Shown here: piece by piece, positions 37,970-50,083 of the stretch
Position numbering within the stretch: the stretch's first letter is position 1
Layout of the letters: every line of letters begins with the position of its first letter
Assembly: GCA_030390025.1 (NCBI GenBank)
Contig: CM059432.1
Span: 45,882,001-45,946,000, forward strand
Direction: 5' to 3'
Origin: Squalus acanthias
Lineage: Eukaryota
DNA length: 64,000 bases
The notes under the pieces: model-generated
The model's database searches: none
The model's input: the letters and a program-made list of their open reading frames with translations, nothing else
What the model was told of the DNA's origin: nothing
Position numbers and translations under genes: made by a program

Positions 37970-38410
37970 TACAACAACAACAACACCAACTTGTATTTAT
38001 ATAGAACCTTTAACGTAGTAAAACGTCCCAAGGTGTTTCACAGGAGTGATATAAAACAAAATTTGACACCGAGCCACATAAGGAGATATTAAGGCAGATG
38101 ACCAAAAGCTTGATCAATGAAGTACATTTAAGGAGCGTCTTAAAGGAGGAAAGAGAGGTAGAGAGACGGAGAGGTTTAGGCAGGGAATTCCAGAGCTTAG
38201 GGCCTAGGCAGCTGAAAGTACGGCCACCAATGGTTGAGCGATTAAAATCAGGGATGCTCAAGAGGCCAGAATTAGAGGAGCGCAGACATCTCGGGGGGTT
38301 GTGGGGCTGGAGGAGATTACAGAGATAGGGAGGGGCAAGGCCAAGGAGGGATTTGAAAACAAGATGAGAGTTTTAAGATCGAGGCATTGCTTAACTGGGA
38401 GCCATTGCAG
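37970..38410 (-). mobile_element. L2 LINE 3' fragment, tail-to-tail with the previous copy
   Basis: ORF 38010-38261 reads TIGGRTFSCLGPKLWNSLPKPLR; (CAA)n tail. Confidence 0.87.
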
Positions 38411-39180
38411 ATGTTGCGATCATGGCGACTTTTGGACAGGTAAGAGCCAGGGCGATTTTAATTGCCCACCTCCCAGGTTTCTGCTGAGCGAGTAGGGTTA
38501 AAATTCCCCCTGATAAATAAATTTGTGTCAGTGTTAAACTATACGCTCCAATTTTTAAAATCAGCTTACGGATTCTATCAGTTCCATCCTTCGTGCCCCT
38601 TTGCTTTGTAGCAGCAACCAAATATTAATTAAACAGGCAGTGATTTAGCTCTAGAAGGTGATTTATGGTATTAAAAGTACACAAACGCATTACTTTTGCT
38701 CAGCTCAGCCAAATCCAAAGTGGTTTTCTTTAATTTCCATTTACAGGAATTTCACTTGAGCAGCAGCTAATATTTATGGCATTCTGCCTACAGTCGTTGT
38801 GCTGTGTAGGTCTACTTGGAGTTGGCATGAAATAGCCTTTCTTTTATTGATTTCTTAAGCAAAGCTGTCAACTCCAAAGACATAGACAAAAAGCGCACGT
38901 GGCAGCTATACTTTAGAGTTGTCCGTCTGCACACAGAATACTCTTCCAGGCCACACAAGACTGTTTAAATACAGTGCATGCCCTTCAGAAAGCATTGTGT
39001 TATCACTTGATTTCTCTGCAGTTTTATTCAAATAAAAACTTCAAAATGATTGTCCTTGAATACAATGCCTTGCCATTGAAGGAGAATATTTGTTAAAGGT
39101 GACCTGTAACTCCTTGCTGATTCAGTTCCATGTGGAAATTACAACGCCCTATTCATCCACCACGCTGAAAATAACACACT

Positions 39181-41260
39181 GGGGGTTAAATTGGATAGCC
39201 CCCGAAAATAGGCACGTGGATCACGGTGCGCGATTACCCCGCGTCCATTCAGTGTAATGCAGGCAGCCGGACAACTTCATGATGCCTGCTCATTATTTCT
39301 GCGTGCAGCCAACGCTAACTGCGCATTTCATTGGTTGCACGCATCAGCAGGGGGCCCAACATTGTTACTTCCTAGTACTACTTAAAGCTAGCCTGAACTG
39401 ATTAAAGCTACCTGTACCTCTTAAAGGGAAGGTGTATTGTGGCTGCTGGTGGTACTGAGATCATTAAGAATAGTGTGATGTGCAACAATCAACAATGGCT
39501 GGCCATGGGAGAGCACGTGCACCACGGTTTTCAGATGCTGCACTGGAGGTCTTGGTGGAGAAGGTGGAAAGGAGGAGAGATGTCCTGTATCCGCAATGGG
39601 GCAGGAAGCCCTCCAGACACATGATAAGAAGACAGTGGGAACAGATAGCCACAGAGGTCAATGCCAGGAGTTTAGCTCAAGGACCTAGATGCAGTGCCAC
39701 AAGATGTTTAATGACCTCGCACAAGTGGTCAATGCCAGTGAATGCAACTTCAAATGCCATATCCTACCAACTGCACCATTATCTTCAGCCAATACTCAAA
39801 TCACCACATCCCCACCACTCACTTGCTATCAATCTCTATCAATCGGGACTCATAGCTAACATTCATATGCTTTACCTCACCCTCACACACTTAGCACTGT
39901 TGCAAATCTCTCACCCACATCCCACAGCTTGCACACACTGCCAGCTATTCGACCATGACAGCCACATCACCCAAACATATTGCATGACACTCACTGACAC
40001 CCTTCGCTCTCTCTTTCAGGAGAAGATGACACACAACCGGAGGCAGCAGGAACTAACTGGAGTGGGTGAAGTGCGCCTGCATTTTCTGACCCCCAAGGAG
40101 GAGACGGTGCTCACCATTATGGAAATGGCCATTGCCATGACCGTCGCCGGGGCTGAATCCATTGAAGAGGACAGCATCCTCATACCTAATCCTCCTTCTC
40201 ATATCGCACTTCCCCACCATCCCACAATCCCTCTGACTTAAAAGCTGCAGATGGTGTAAGCATGCACTTCCTACTTTCTCCTCTCCCCTCACCCCAATCT
40301 TATCCTTATCCCTTTCTCCATTGAGATACCCAAGGACTGCAACCTGCCCAGGAAGTGGAGTAACAGCAAGAAGGCAGTGATGATAAAAAAACATTGTCAC
40401 TTGATTTCACACTCGCCACCACCAGCTCAGATCCTGACACTGTGCGTATCTTAGAGGATAGCATAGCAGGGGGATCTGCTATGGTGGTGAGACACCGGGC
40501 ACAAGTGCGCTGCAGACAGGGCAGAGGGCAAGTATAGTGCACCAGCTTGCCGGAGGGTGAGGTCGCACATGAATTCTGCTGCAGAGGTATCAGATGGGGA
40601 CTTCGATAGGCCAGGCTACAGAAAAAGGCTGAAGGGTGCACACACCAAAATGCTTGGTGTATTGGGAAGCTTGCCAGAAAGCCTGTGCTCAATGTCAAGG
40701 AGCATGGAGGAGTCCGGCACCAACTTGGCACAGGGCTTTACACAGAGTTTGGAGCCCATCCTTTCAAACATGGAACTGATGGCCAAGTCCAAAAACACAC
40801 TTGTGGACCCAACCATGATGCAGTGTCTGATGGCCGATATCTCAGCTTCCATTGTAGCACAAGCAGCAGCTACCCAACGTCTGAGTGCTGCAGTGGAAGC
40901 TCAGACTTCTTCCATCGTGGCTCTGGATACCAGGGTTCAAAGGGGCTTCCAGGGTGTCACAGCAGTCCAGCAATCTGTCCTCCGACAGATTACTAGGATT
41001 GCTGAGACGCCACCCAGGGGAGTGGCAGTGGCTTCATGGAGCACAATCCTGCTGTCCAGCATTCGTGCTCCCACCCCTGCCACTCCGCCAGTTCCCTTGC
41101 TGTTCCCTGTCAGCCAGCCAGCCCAGACTGCTGCCACCCATGCCGAGATGGTGCAGTCTGCTACTGGGTCAAGAGCTGCTCGAGGTCGTCCTCCAAGGCC
41201 ATCTGCAGTCTCCTCCACTGAAAGTCAGCAGCCTTCCACCAGCCATGCTGCAGCCACTGA
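39181..41260 (+). mobile_element. Truncated Harbinger element with a decayed three-exon Myb/SANT partner gene
   Basis: TIR GGGGGTTAAATTGG at 39181. Reads RAPRFSDAALEVLVEKVERRRDVL...WEQIATEVNARS, with acceptor tttcag|GAGAAG at ~40020. The C-terminus AEMVQSA...QQPSTS is shared with 45663-46643. Confidence 0.85.
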
Positions 41261-41302
41261 TGGAAGCCCATGGAATTAAGGGGAAAGTGGCAGTATGGAT
41301 AC

Positions 41303-41837
41303 AAAAGGCACAAGTCAGGAGTGTGATGGAATACTCTCCACTTGCCTGGATGAGTGCTGCTCCAACAACACTCAAGAAGCTCGACATCCTCCAGGACAAA
41401 GCAGCTCGCTTGATTGGCACCCCGTCCACCACCTTAAACATTCACTCCTTCCACCATCGGCGCACCATGGCTGCAGTGTGTACCATCTACAAGATGCAAT
41501 GCAGCAACTCGGCAAGGCTACTTCGACAGCACCTCCCAAACCCGAGACCTCTACCACCTAGAAGGACAAGGGCAGCAGGCCCATGTCAACACCACCACCT
41601 CCAAGTTCCCCTCCAAGTCACACACCATCCTGACTTGGAAATATATCGCCATACCTTCATCGTCGCTGGGTCAAAATCCTGGAACTGCCTCCCTAACAGT
41701 ACTGTGGGAGTACCTTCACCACACGGACTACAGCGGTTCAAGAAGGCAGCTCACCACCATCATCAAGGGCAATTAGGAATGGGCAATAAATGTTGGCCTT
41801 GCCAGCGACGCCCACATCCCATGAATGAATTAAAAAG
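41303..41837 (+). mobile_element. CR1-group 'family A' 3' fragment
   Basis: Reads KAQVRSVMEYSPLAWM... and has the same 3' end as 16885-17448. Confidence 0.88.
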
Positions 41838-41980
41838 ATTGACTCAGTGACAGGAAGCAAAGGGTGGTGGTGGATGGATGTTTTTCAGATTGGGAGGTGG
41901 TTTACAGTGTTCCCCAAGGGTCAGTATTGGGTTGATTACTCTTTGCAATTTTTCTAAACGACTTAGACTCAGGTGTAACG

Positions 41981-44335
41981 ATGTAACGAGAAAGGATTAA
42001 TTAGCAATCTTGTTGTACGAGGCCCCTTGGGTCAGAGTGATCATAATATGATATAATTCTTCATTAGGATGGAGAGTGAAGTAGTTGAATCAGAGACTAG
42101 GGTCCTGAATTTAAATAAAGGAAACTACGATGGTATGAGGCGCGAATTGGGTAGGATTGATTGGGGAATGTCACTCAAAGGGTTGACAGTGGATAGGCAA
42201 TGGCAAACATTCAAAGGCTGCATGGATGAACTACAGAATTTGTTCATCCCAGTGTGGCATAAGAATAAAACAAAAAGGGTGACTCAACCGTGGCTAACAA
42301 GGGAAATTAGGGATAGCATAAGATCCAAGGAGAGGGCATATAAATTGGCCAGAAAAAGCGGTAACCCTGAGGATTGGGAGCAGTTTAGGATTCAACAAAG
42401 GAGGATAAAGGGATTAATTAAGAAGGGGAAAATAGAATATGAAAGTAAGCTTGCTGGGAACATAAAAACTGACTGTAAGAGCTTTTATAGTTATGTGAAG
42501 AGAAAAAGATTAGTGAAATCAAGTGTAGGTCCCTTGCAGTCAGAAGCGGGGGAAGTTATAATGGGGAACAAAGAAATGGCTGACCAATAAAATGCATATT
42601 TTGGTTCTGTCTTCACAAAGGAGGACACAAATAACCTCCCAGAGATGTTGGAGAACATAGGGTCTGATGAAAGGAAGGAACTGAAAGAAATCAGTATTTG
42701 CAGGGAAATGGTGTTAGGGAAATTGAAGGGATTGAAGGCCGATAAATCCCCAGGGCCTGATAATCTACATCCTAGGGTACTTAAGGAAGTGGCCCTAGAA
42801 ATAGTAGATGCATTGCTGATCATCTTCCAACATTCGATGGAATCTGGAACTGTACCCATGGATTGGAGGGTAGCTAATGTTACCCCACTATTCAAAAAGG
42901 GTGGTAGAGAGAAAGCGGGGAATTACAGACCGGTAAGCCTGACATCGGTAATGGGGAATATGCTAGAGTCCATTATAAAGGATGTAATAGCAGAGCACTT
43001 GAAAAACAGTGGCAGGATCGGACAAAGTCAACATGGATTTACAAAAGGTAAATCGTGCTTGAATAATCTACTGGAATTTTTTGAGGATGTAACTGGGAAA
43101 ATAGATAAGGGAGAACCAGTAGATGTGGTGTACTTGGACTTTCAAAAGGCTTTCGATAAGGTCCCGCATAAGAGATTAGCGTGTAAAGTTAAGGCACATG
43201 GGATTGGGGCCAAGGTATTGAAATGGATAGAGAACTGGTTGGCGGACAGAAAGCAGAGAGTAGGAATTAATGGGTCTTTTTCCGAGTGGCAGGCAGTGAC
43301 TAGTGGGATACCGCACAGGTCGGTCCTTGGACCCCAGCTATTCACATTATACATTAATGATCTAGATAAGGGAACTAAATGTAATATCTCCAAGTTTGTA
43401 GATGACACAAAGCTGCGTGGGCGTGTGTGCTGCGAGGAGGATACTGAGAAACTCCAGGATGATTTGGACAGGTTGGGTGAGTGGGCAGAAGCGTGGCAGA
43501 TGCAATATAACGTGGATAAATGCGAGGTTATCCACTTTGGTGTCAAAAACAGAAAGGCAGACTATTATCTGAATGGCAATAGATTGGGAGAAGGGGAAGT
43601 GCAATGAGACCTGGGTGTCCTTGTGCACCAGTCGCTGAAGGTAAGCATGCAGGTGCAGCAGGCGGTGAAGAAGGCAAATGGTATGTTGGCCTTCATAGCG
43701 AAAGGGTTTGAGTATAGGAACAGGGATGTCCTGCTGCAGTTGTACAGGGCCTTGGTGAGACCACACCTTGAGTACTGTGTGCAGTTTTGGTCGCCTTATC
43801 TGAGGAAGGATGTTCTTGCCATGGAAAGAGTTCAGCGAAGATTCACCAGGTTGATACCTGGGATGGCAGGAATGACATATGAGGAGAGATTGGGTCGATT
43901 GGGCTTATACTCGCTGGAGTATAGAAGAATGAGAGGGGATCTTATCGAAACATATAAAATTCTGACAGGTCTGGACAAACTAGATGCAGGAAGAATGTTC
44001 CCGATGGTCGGAGAGTCCAGAACCAGGGGTCATAATCTAAGGATAAGGGGTAAGCCATTTAGGACAGAAATGAGGAGGAATTTCTTCACCCAGAGAGTGG
44101 TGAACCTGTGGAATTCTCTACCACAGAAGGTAGTTGAGGCCAAGTCATTAAATATATTCAAGAATGAGTTAGATATATTTCTTAAAGCTAAAGGTATCAA
44201 GGGATATGGGGAGAAGGCAGGTACAGGGTACTGAGTTTGGATGATCAGCCATGATCTCATCGAATGGCGGAGCAGGCTCGAGGGGCTGAATGGCCTACTC
44301 CTGCTCCGATCTTCTATGTTTCTATGTTTCTATGT
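41981..44335 (+). mobile_element. CR1/HER1 LINE, 5'-truncated ORF2 with two in-frame stops
   Basis: ORFs 42069-42590, 42645-43607 and 43623-44234 are in one frame and carry RT motifs. Ends in a (TTCTATGT)n tail. Confidence 0.95.
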
Positions 44336-44819
44336 GTAGGGAGCAGCATTATAAAGTTTGCAGATGATACGAAACTCGGCAAAATAGTAGCTAGTGATGA
44401 GGATAGTTATAAACTTCATGATGACAGGCAGGATAGTGAAATGGGCAGAAACATGAAAGATGGGGGTAGAAATTAGGTCGCGCCCCATTTGGGGCGCAAA
44501 TATCGTCCGAGCGCAAATATTAGCGCCTGGCGCTAATTATCGGCACTGACAGGAAACTTCACTTTTACCGCCCCGGGAGGTGAGTGGAGCGCTAAATTAG
44601 GCGCTGCACACCTCTCTTAAGGTGCAAAGGCCTAGGAGTGAGGCGCTACCTCAGCGCACGAGCGCAGCGCAGCTGCTGCCAGTTAGCGAGGGAACACAGA
44701 CACACTGGCGCCGGACACTTCTTAAAGCGGGGGGGGCCACTTGCTCCCCAGCCACACCCTGCTCATTGCAGCCTTGAATCTCAGCCTGGAGAGACCTGTA
44801 ATCCATTTTGCTGCCAAGC

Positions 44820-46643
44820 ATGGAGAGGGTGAGAGAACGCGCTCATCGCTTCACCGAGCGGGCCTTGGATGCTCTGGTTGACGCAGTGGAGCACAGACGA
44901 TGCATGCTGTTGCCGGAGAGTGGCAGGAGGCCTTTGCCACGCGAGTTCAGAAGAGTGTGGAGGGAGGTGGCTCAGAGCGTCTCCTCCAGGAGCATGGTGC
45001 CCAGGACCCATGTTCAGTGCCGCAAAAAGTTCAACGACCTCACTCGGGTCGTCAGGGTGAGTGGCTTTTTCTCAATACCTCTCCATCCCTCCATCTCAAC
45101 CTCACTCTATGGCCAGAGGGTCTTAAAACCCCAATGCACAACACTCATGCAACACCTATGGCCCTTTCATCAAACACACACACACATTCCACACTTTGCA
45201 TACAGTAAGGGCTATTCACCTATGGGAGGCACATCAGGCAAGACCATGGCTGCATATTGTAAGGGCTATTCACCTATGGGAGGCACATCAGGCAAGACCA
45301 TGGCTGTATATTTACTCAGATGCTGTCCTTTTTCTTGCAGGCTAAGCTGGCTCATAATCGGAGACAGCAGCAACGGACGGGTGGAGGGCGGCTTCAGCTG
45401 CAACCCCTCAGCGATCTGGAGGAGCGCGTCCACAGGATTGTGGCAAGCCGGGTGATCGGTCCCGTCGCCACTGGGGACGCCGACCCCGTTGTGGACAGCA
45501 ATGGTAAGGTCATCACCTTTTTGTCCTCTGTCCTTCCACTTGTCCCTCACAATACCAGCCTTTGACACTTTCAATCCAACTTGCTAACTCGCTGCACTTA
45601 TTCCTCCCTTACTGCCACCCTGTCCTCACGCTAAAGCCACTCTTGTACCTCCCTGCTTTCAGATGGTGATTCACCAGCTGAGGAGACGGGCCCTGAAGCT
45701 GCCACTGGGAGTGATGCTGCAGCTGAGGAGGAAGAGGAAGCCGGAGCATCAGTGCCACCCTCTCCCGAGGAAGCCCATGGCCACACTGGGAACACGCCTT
45801 CCCCGGAGGGGAGCAGGGGGGAAGGGGCTGTTGATGGTGAAGCTCCAGGACCCAGCGGGCTGCAGCAACGCCATGGGGGGGGGGAGGGAAGAACGGGAGC
45901 CTTCTCCCCAGAGGGAGAGTATGCCAGACACTCCTACTGCAATGGACGCAGAGGAGGAGCGGCTGATTGCAGAAATGAACAGCCAGGCGGTGGGCATGCA
46001 CACTGAGCTCATGGGTGCAGTGGGAAGGGTGCCCGAATGCATTGAGGCACTGGCAAGGAGTGTGGAGCACTTCGCTGTAGCACAGGCGGATGCCACACTA
46101 AAGCTTAGTGCTGCAATTCAGTCACTGGCTGCCAGGAACCCATCTGAGACTGCTCTCATGCAGACTCAGATTGAGGCCACGCGAGCTCTGACTGCTGCCA
46201 TCCTCGATGGTTCGTGCACATGTCCCCGGGGCTGTCACCGCGCCGCAGCAGGCCTGCAATCTGTTCTCCGGCAAATTGCTCCGGATGCTGAAGTGCTGCC
46301 CCGTGGGAGTGCCAGTGTGTCGGGCGAGCAGGGAGTTGCTGTCCTCTCTCACGATGACAGCATTCCTGCTGCCAACACTGTCACTTCTCCACTGCACTTG
46401 CCACCGCCTGTAGGACAGACTGCTGCCGCCCATGCAGAGTTGGTGCAGTCTGCAGCCGGGCCCTCCAGGCCCAGAAGTGGTCGAGGCCGTCCTTCAGGGG
46501 CATCTGCAGTGTCAGGGTCTGACGAGCAGCAGCCTTCCACCAGCCTTGCTGCAGCCACTGAGGTCCCATTACGGAGGAGCAGTAGGGTTAGAAGGGGGGA
46601 AGTACGCAAGGGAAGGAGATCACCCTCGAAGGGCAAAAAGTAG
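44820..46643 (+). CDS. Harbinger Myb/SANT-like DNA-binding partner protein, three exons (44820-45056, 45341-45503, 45663-46643), with a frameshift at a G10 run
   Basis: Reads MERVRERAHRFTERALDALVDAVE...WREVAQSVS...QCRKKFNDL. GT-AG sites with matching phases: AGG|gtgagt, ttgcag|GCT, ATG|gtaagg, tttcag|AT. Confidence 0.85.
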
Positions 46644-46937
46644 GAGGTGTGCCAAAATGCTGGTCATTTTTTTATTAAAGGCCGAGATTCATGGCCCAAC
46701 TTTTGTTTAGTGTTTTGGACATTATCTCCAGGTTGTGAGAACCAGTTATGTTATTGACTGTTTTTTTGTGTTTATTTCTATGAGTTTGTCATGAGGAATT
46801 GACACACACAGAGTTTGTAAAATAAATAAGTTTCTGTATTCAAAATATACATGGCTGGTGGTTGGAATTATTGGTGCCTTGGCCGGCTTAGGGGTTGCGT
46901 GCTGGGTTGATTCGTGTTTGTAGCAATGGCAGGGGCC

Positions 46938-48098
46938 CTAGAAGCGGCTTGCTATTAGTCGTTGACGGACGGCCCTTGCAGTTTGACCATTGTGGGCCGC
47001 CCTCCTGCCTTGGTGCTGCTGATGATCATCGTCCTCGTCCTCTTCCTCCTCTTCCTCCTCCTCCTCTGGTGGTGCTACAAGGCCTGGTGGCATTGGCTGG
47101 GTCCTGAGGATTGCCATGTTGTGCAACATGCAGCACACGACTACGAAGTTCGAAACTTGCTCAGGCGAGTACTGCAGGGCTCCTCCGGAATGGTCCAGAC
47201 AGCGGAACCGTTGTTTCAGCACGCCGATTGTGCGCTCAATAATGTTCCTGGTTGCTTGATGGCTTTCCTGGTACCGCAGCTCAGCAGGGGTGTTTGGCGC
47301 ACGGAGCGGTGTCATCAGCCAGGTGCTCAATGCGTACCCCTTGTCCCCCAGAAGCCAACCAACTGGCTGATGCGGTGCCTCGAAAAGTTCTGCCACAGTA
47401 GTCTGGCGCAGGATGAAAGCATCGTGGCAGCTGCCCGGATAGTGGGCATTGACAGCGAGAATCACCTGTCTGTGGTCACAGACCAACTGCACATTCAAGG
47501 AATGGAACCCCTTTCTGTTCCTGAATTCCTCTGCATTCTCTCGCGGAGCACGCAAAGCCACATGCGTGCAGTCAATGGCGCCCTGCACCATGGGGAAGCC
47601 CGCTACCCTCGCAAAGCCCATAGCACGGTCATGCTGCTTGTCTGGGGTCATAGGGAAAGAGATGAAGTCTCGTCTCCTTCTGAAGAGGGCATTGGTGACC
47701 TGCCGGATGCAGCGATGCACCGCGAACTGGGAGATATTGGCGAGGTCCCCAACAGCAGCTTGGAATGAGCCAGTGGCGTAGAAGTTCAAAGCCACTGTGA
47801 CCTTCACTGCCACCGACAGAGACGTCCTGGACCTCAGCTGAGGCTGCAGATCTGGCTGCAGCAGGTGGCAGAGCTCAGTGACCACCTCCTTGCTGAATCG
47901 CAGCCTTTGCAAACACAGCTCCTCGGACATATGGATGTAGGAGAGCTGTTCACGATATACCCTGGGAGGGTAAGCTCTCCTGTACATGCGCCTGATGGCC
48001 CTCCTCCGTCTGGCCATCATTGCCACTCTCTGTCTGCGTCTCACTATCCTCCGATTCAGCTGGAGCAGGACGACGCCCCCAATCATTGCAGCCCCCAT
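46938..48098 (-). CDS. Harbinger DDE transposase (HARBI1-like, DDE_Tnp_4), intact 386 aa
   Basis: Motifs GAIDCTH, NRKGFHSLNVQLVCD, PGSCHDAFIL, LLGDKGY, IIERTIGVLKQRFRCL and CCMLHN. Confidence 0.95.
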   Translation of the reverse strand: MGAAMIGGVVLLQLNRRIVRRRQRVAMMARRRRAIRRMYRRAYPPRVYREQLSYIHMSEELCLQRLRFSKEVVTELCHLLQPDLQPQLRSRTSLSVAVKVTVALNFYATGSFQAAVGDLANISQFAVHRCIRQVTNALFRRRRDFISFPMTPDKQHDRAMGFARVAGFPMVQGAIDCTHVALRAPRENAEEFRNRKGFHSLNVQLVCDHRQVILAVNAHYPGSCHDAFILRQTTVAELFEAPHQPVGWLLGDKGYALSTWLMTPLRAPNTPAELRYQESHQATRNIIERTIGVLKQRFRCLDHSGGALQYSPEQVSNFVVVCCMLHNMAILRTQPMPPGLVAPPEEEEEEEEEDEDDDHQQHQGRRAAHNGQTARAVRQRLIASRF

Positions 48099-48677
48099 AT
48101 TCTCTTTGCCAGAAAAGTAATGAGGTACAGCAACTAAAGTAGCAACAATGTTAGGATGAACTAGGCAAAACTACCTCACAAAGCGTTGAGTCAATGTAGA
48201 AGTCTCTCTCTCTCTCTCTTCGAATCTCTCTCTCTCTCTCAGAACGAGTGGTGCATAAATGTCGACCACAGAAAAAGACAGGAAGAGGCCCCCTTTAAAT
48301 AGCGCCCCCCCCAGCCCCACACCGATTGATAACGTTCCAGTCTTCCGGTCGTTGGAAGCGCCAGGCGGTAAGGCAGGGGGCGCCACTCAATTTCCGCTCC
48401 GGGGCGCCCCAAGGGCGTTGCACCATGGAATGACGTCACAATCTGCGCGCGCAGGTGGTCGCAGCGGTAAGTTTTAGCGCTGCCGCACAATCTCAAGTTA
48501 AGTTCTCGAGCGGCGCAAACAGCGCTGCGCCCGGGCGTTAGCGGCTTAACGCCCCATTAGCGCCCTCTTAAGGCGCTAACGGGAGGCGCAACCAAGTGAA
48601 TTTTTACCCCATGGAATTCAATGTGGAGAGGTGTGAAGTGATGGGCTTTGGGAGGACTAATATGGAAAGACAGTATA

Positions 48678-50083
48678 AAAAGTAGAAGCAGAATGCTATA
48701 GACAGGGCTAAGCAATCCCACAATCAACGGATCAGATCAAAGTTTTGCACTCCTGCCACATCCAGTCGTGAATGGTGGTGGGCCATTAAACAACTAACGA
48801 GAGAAGGAAGTTCCGTGAATATCCCCATCCTCAATGATGGTGGAGCCCAGCACGTGAGTGCAAAAGACAAAGCTGAAGCGTTTGCAACCATCTTCAGCCA
48901 GAAGTGCCGAGTGGATGATCCATATCGGCCTCCTCCTGAGGTCCCCACCACCACAGAAGCCAGTTTTCAGTTAATTCGATTCACTCCACGTGATATCAAG
49001 AAATGGCTGAATGCACTGGATACAGCAAAGGCTATGGGCCCCGACAACATCCTGGCTGTCGTGCTGAAGACTTGTGCTCCAGAACTAGTTGCGCCTCTAG
49101 CCAAGCTGTTCCAGTACAGCTACAACACTGGCATCTATCTGACAACGTGGAAAACTGCCCAGGTATGTCCTGTCCACATAAATCAGGACAAATCTAACCC
49201 GGCCAATTACCACTCCATCAGTCTCTTCTCAATCATTAGCAAAGTGATGGAAGGTGTCGTCTACAGTGCTATCAAACGGCACTTACTCACTAATAACCTG
49301 CTCAGTGATGCCCAGTTTGGGTTCAGCCAGGACCACTTGGCTCCAGACCTCATTACAGCCTTGGTTCAAACATGGACAAAGGAGCTGAATTCCAGAGGTG
49401 AGGTGAGAGTGACTGCCCTTGACATCAAGGCAGCATTTGACTGAGTATGGCATCAAGGAGCCCTAGTAAAACTGAAGTCAATGGGAATCAGGGGGGAAAT
49501 GCTCCACTGGCTGGAGTCATACCTAACACAAAAGAAGATGGTTGGAGGTCAATCATCACAGCCCCAGGACATAGCTGCAGGAGTTCCTCAGGGCAGTATC
49601 CTAGACCCAACCAACTTCAGCTGCTTCATCAATGACCTTCCCTCCATCATAAGGTCAGAAGTGGGGATGTTCGCTGATGACTGCACAATGTTCAGTGCCA
49701 TTCACAACTCCTCAGATAATGAAGCAGTCCATGCCCGCATGCAGCAAGACCTGGATGACATTCAGGTTTGGGCTGATAAGTGGCAGGTAACATTCGCGCC
49801 ACAGAAGTGCCAGACAATGACTATCTCCAACAAGCGAGCGTCTAACCACTGCCCCTTGACATTCAACGGCATTACAATCACCGAATCCCCCACCATCAAC
49901 ATCCTGGGGGTCACCATTGACCAGAAACTTAACTGGACCAGCCACATAAATACTGTGGCAACAAGAGCAGTTCAGATGCTAGGTATTCTGCGGCGAGTGT
50001 CTCACCACCACCTTCTCAAGGGCAACTAGAGATGGGCAATAAATGCTGGCCTTGCAAGGGACGTCCACATGAACGATTAAAAT
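48678..50083 (+). mobile_element. CR1-group 'family A' LINE with an internal deletion near the 3' end
   Basis: ORFs 48815-49444 and 49481-50029 carry RT motifs (FADD). The sequence jumps to the 3' UTR at ~50002. Flanked by GTATA repeats. Confidence 0.9.

Larger units (their letters stand above)
44463..48610. mobile_element. Near-intact autonomous PIF/Harbinger DNA transposon (4148 bp)
   Basis: TIRs GGGGTAGAAATT / AATTTTTACCCC; TSD ATG on both sides; two convergent genes (Myb/SANT and DDE transposase). Confidence 0.93.

Noticed and set aside
40885..41850. 321-aa ORF as a novel fusion gene
   Set aside because: It is a chance read-through across a Harbinger off-frame segment, an old CR1 piece and a family A LINE 3' end.
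46962..47768. 268-aa plus-strand ORF
   Set aside because: It is an antisense shadow of the GC-rich transposase with no recognisable motifs.
46938..48098. Domesticated host HARBI1 gene
   Set aside because: It sits between TIRs with a TSD, next to a Myb partner gene and inside a LINE, so it is a transposon copy.
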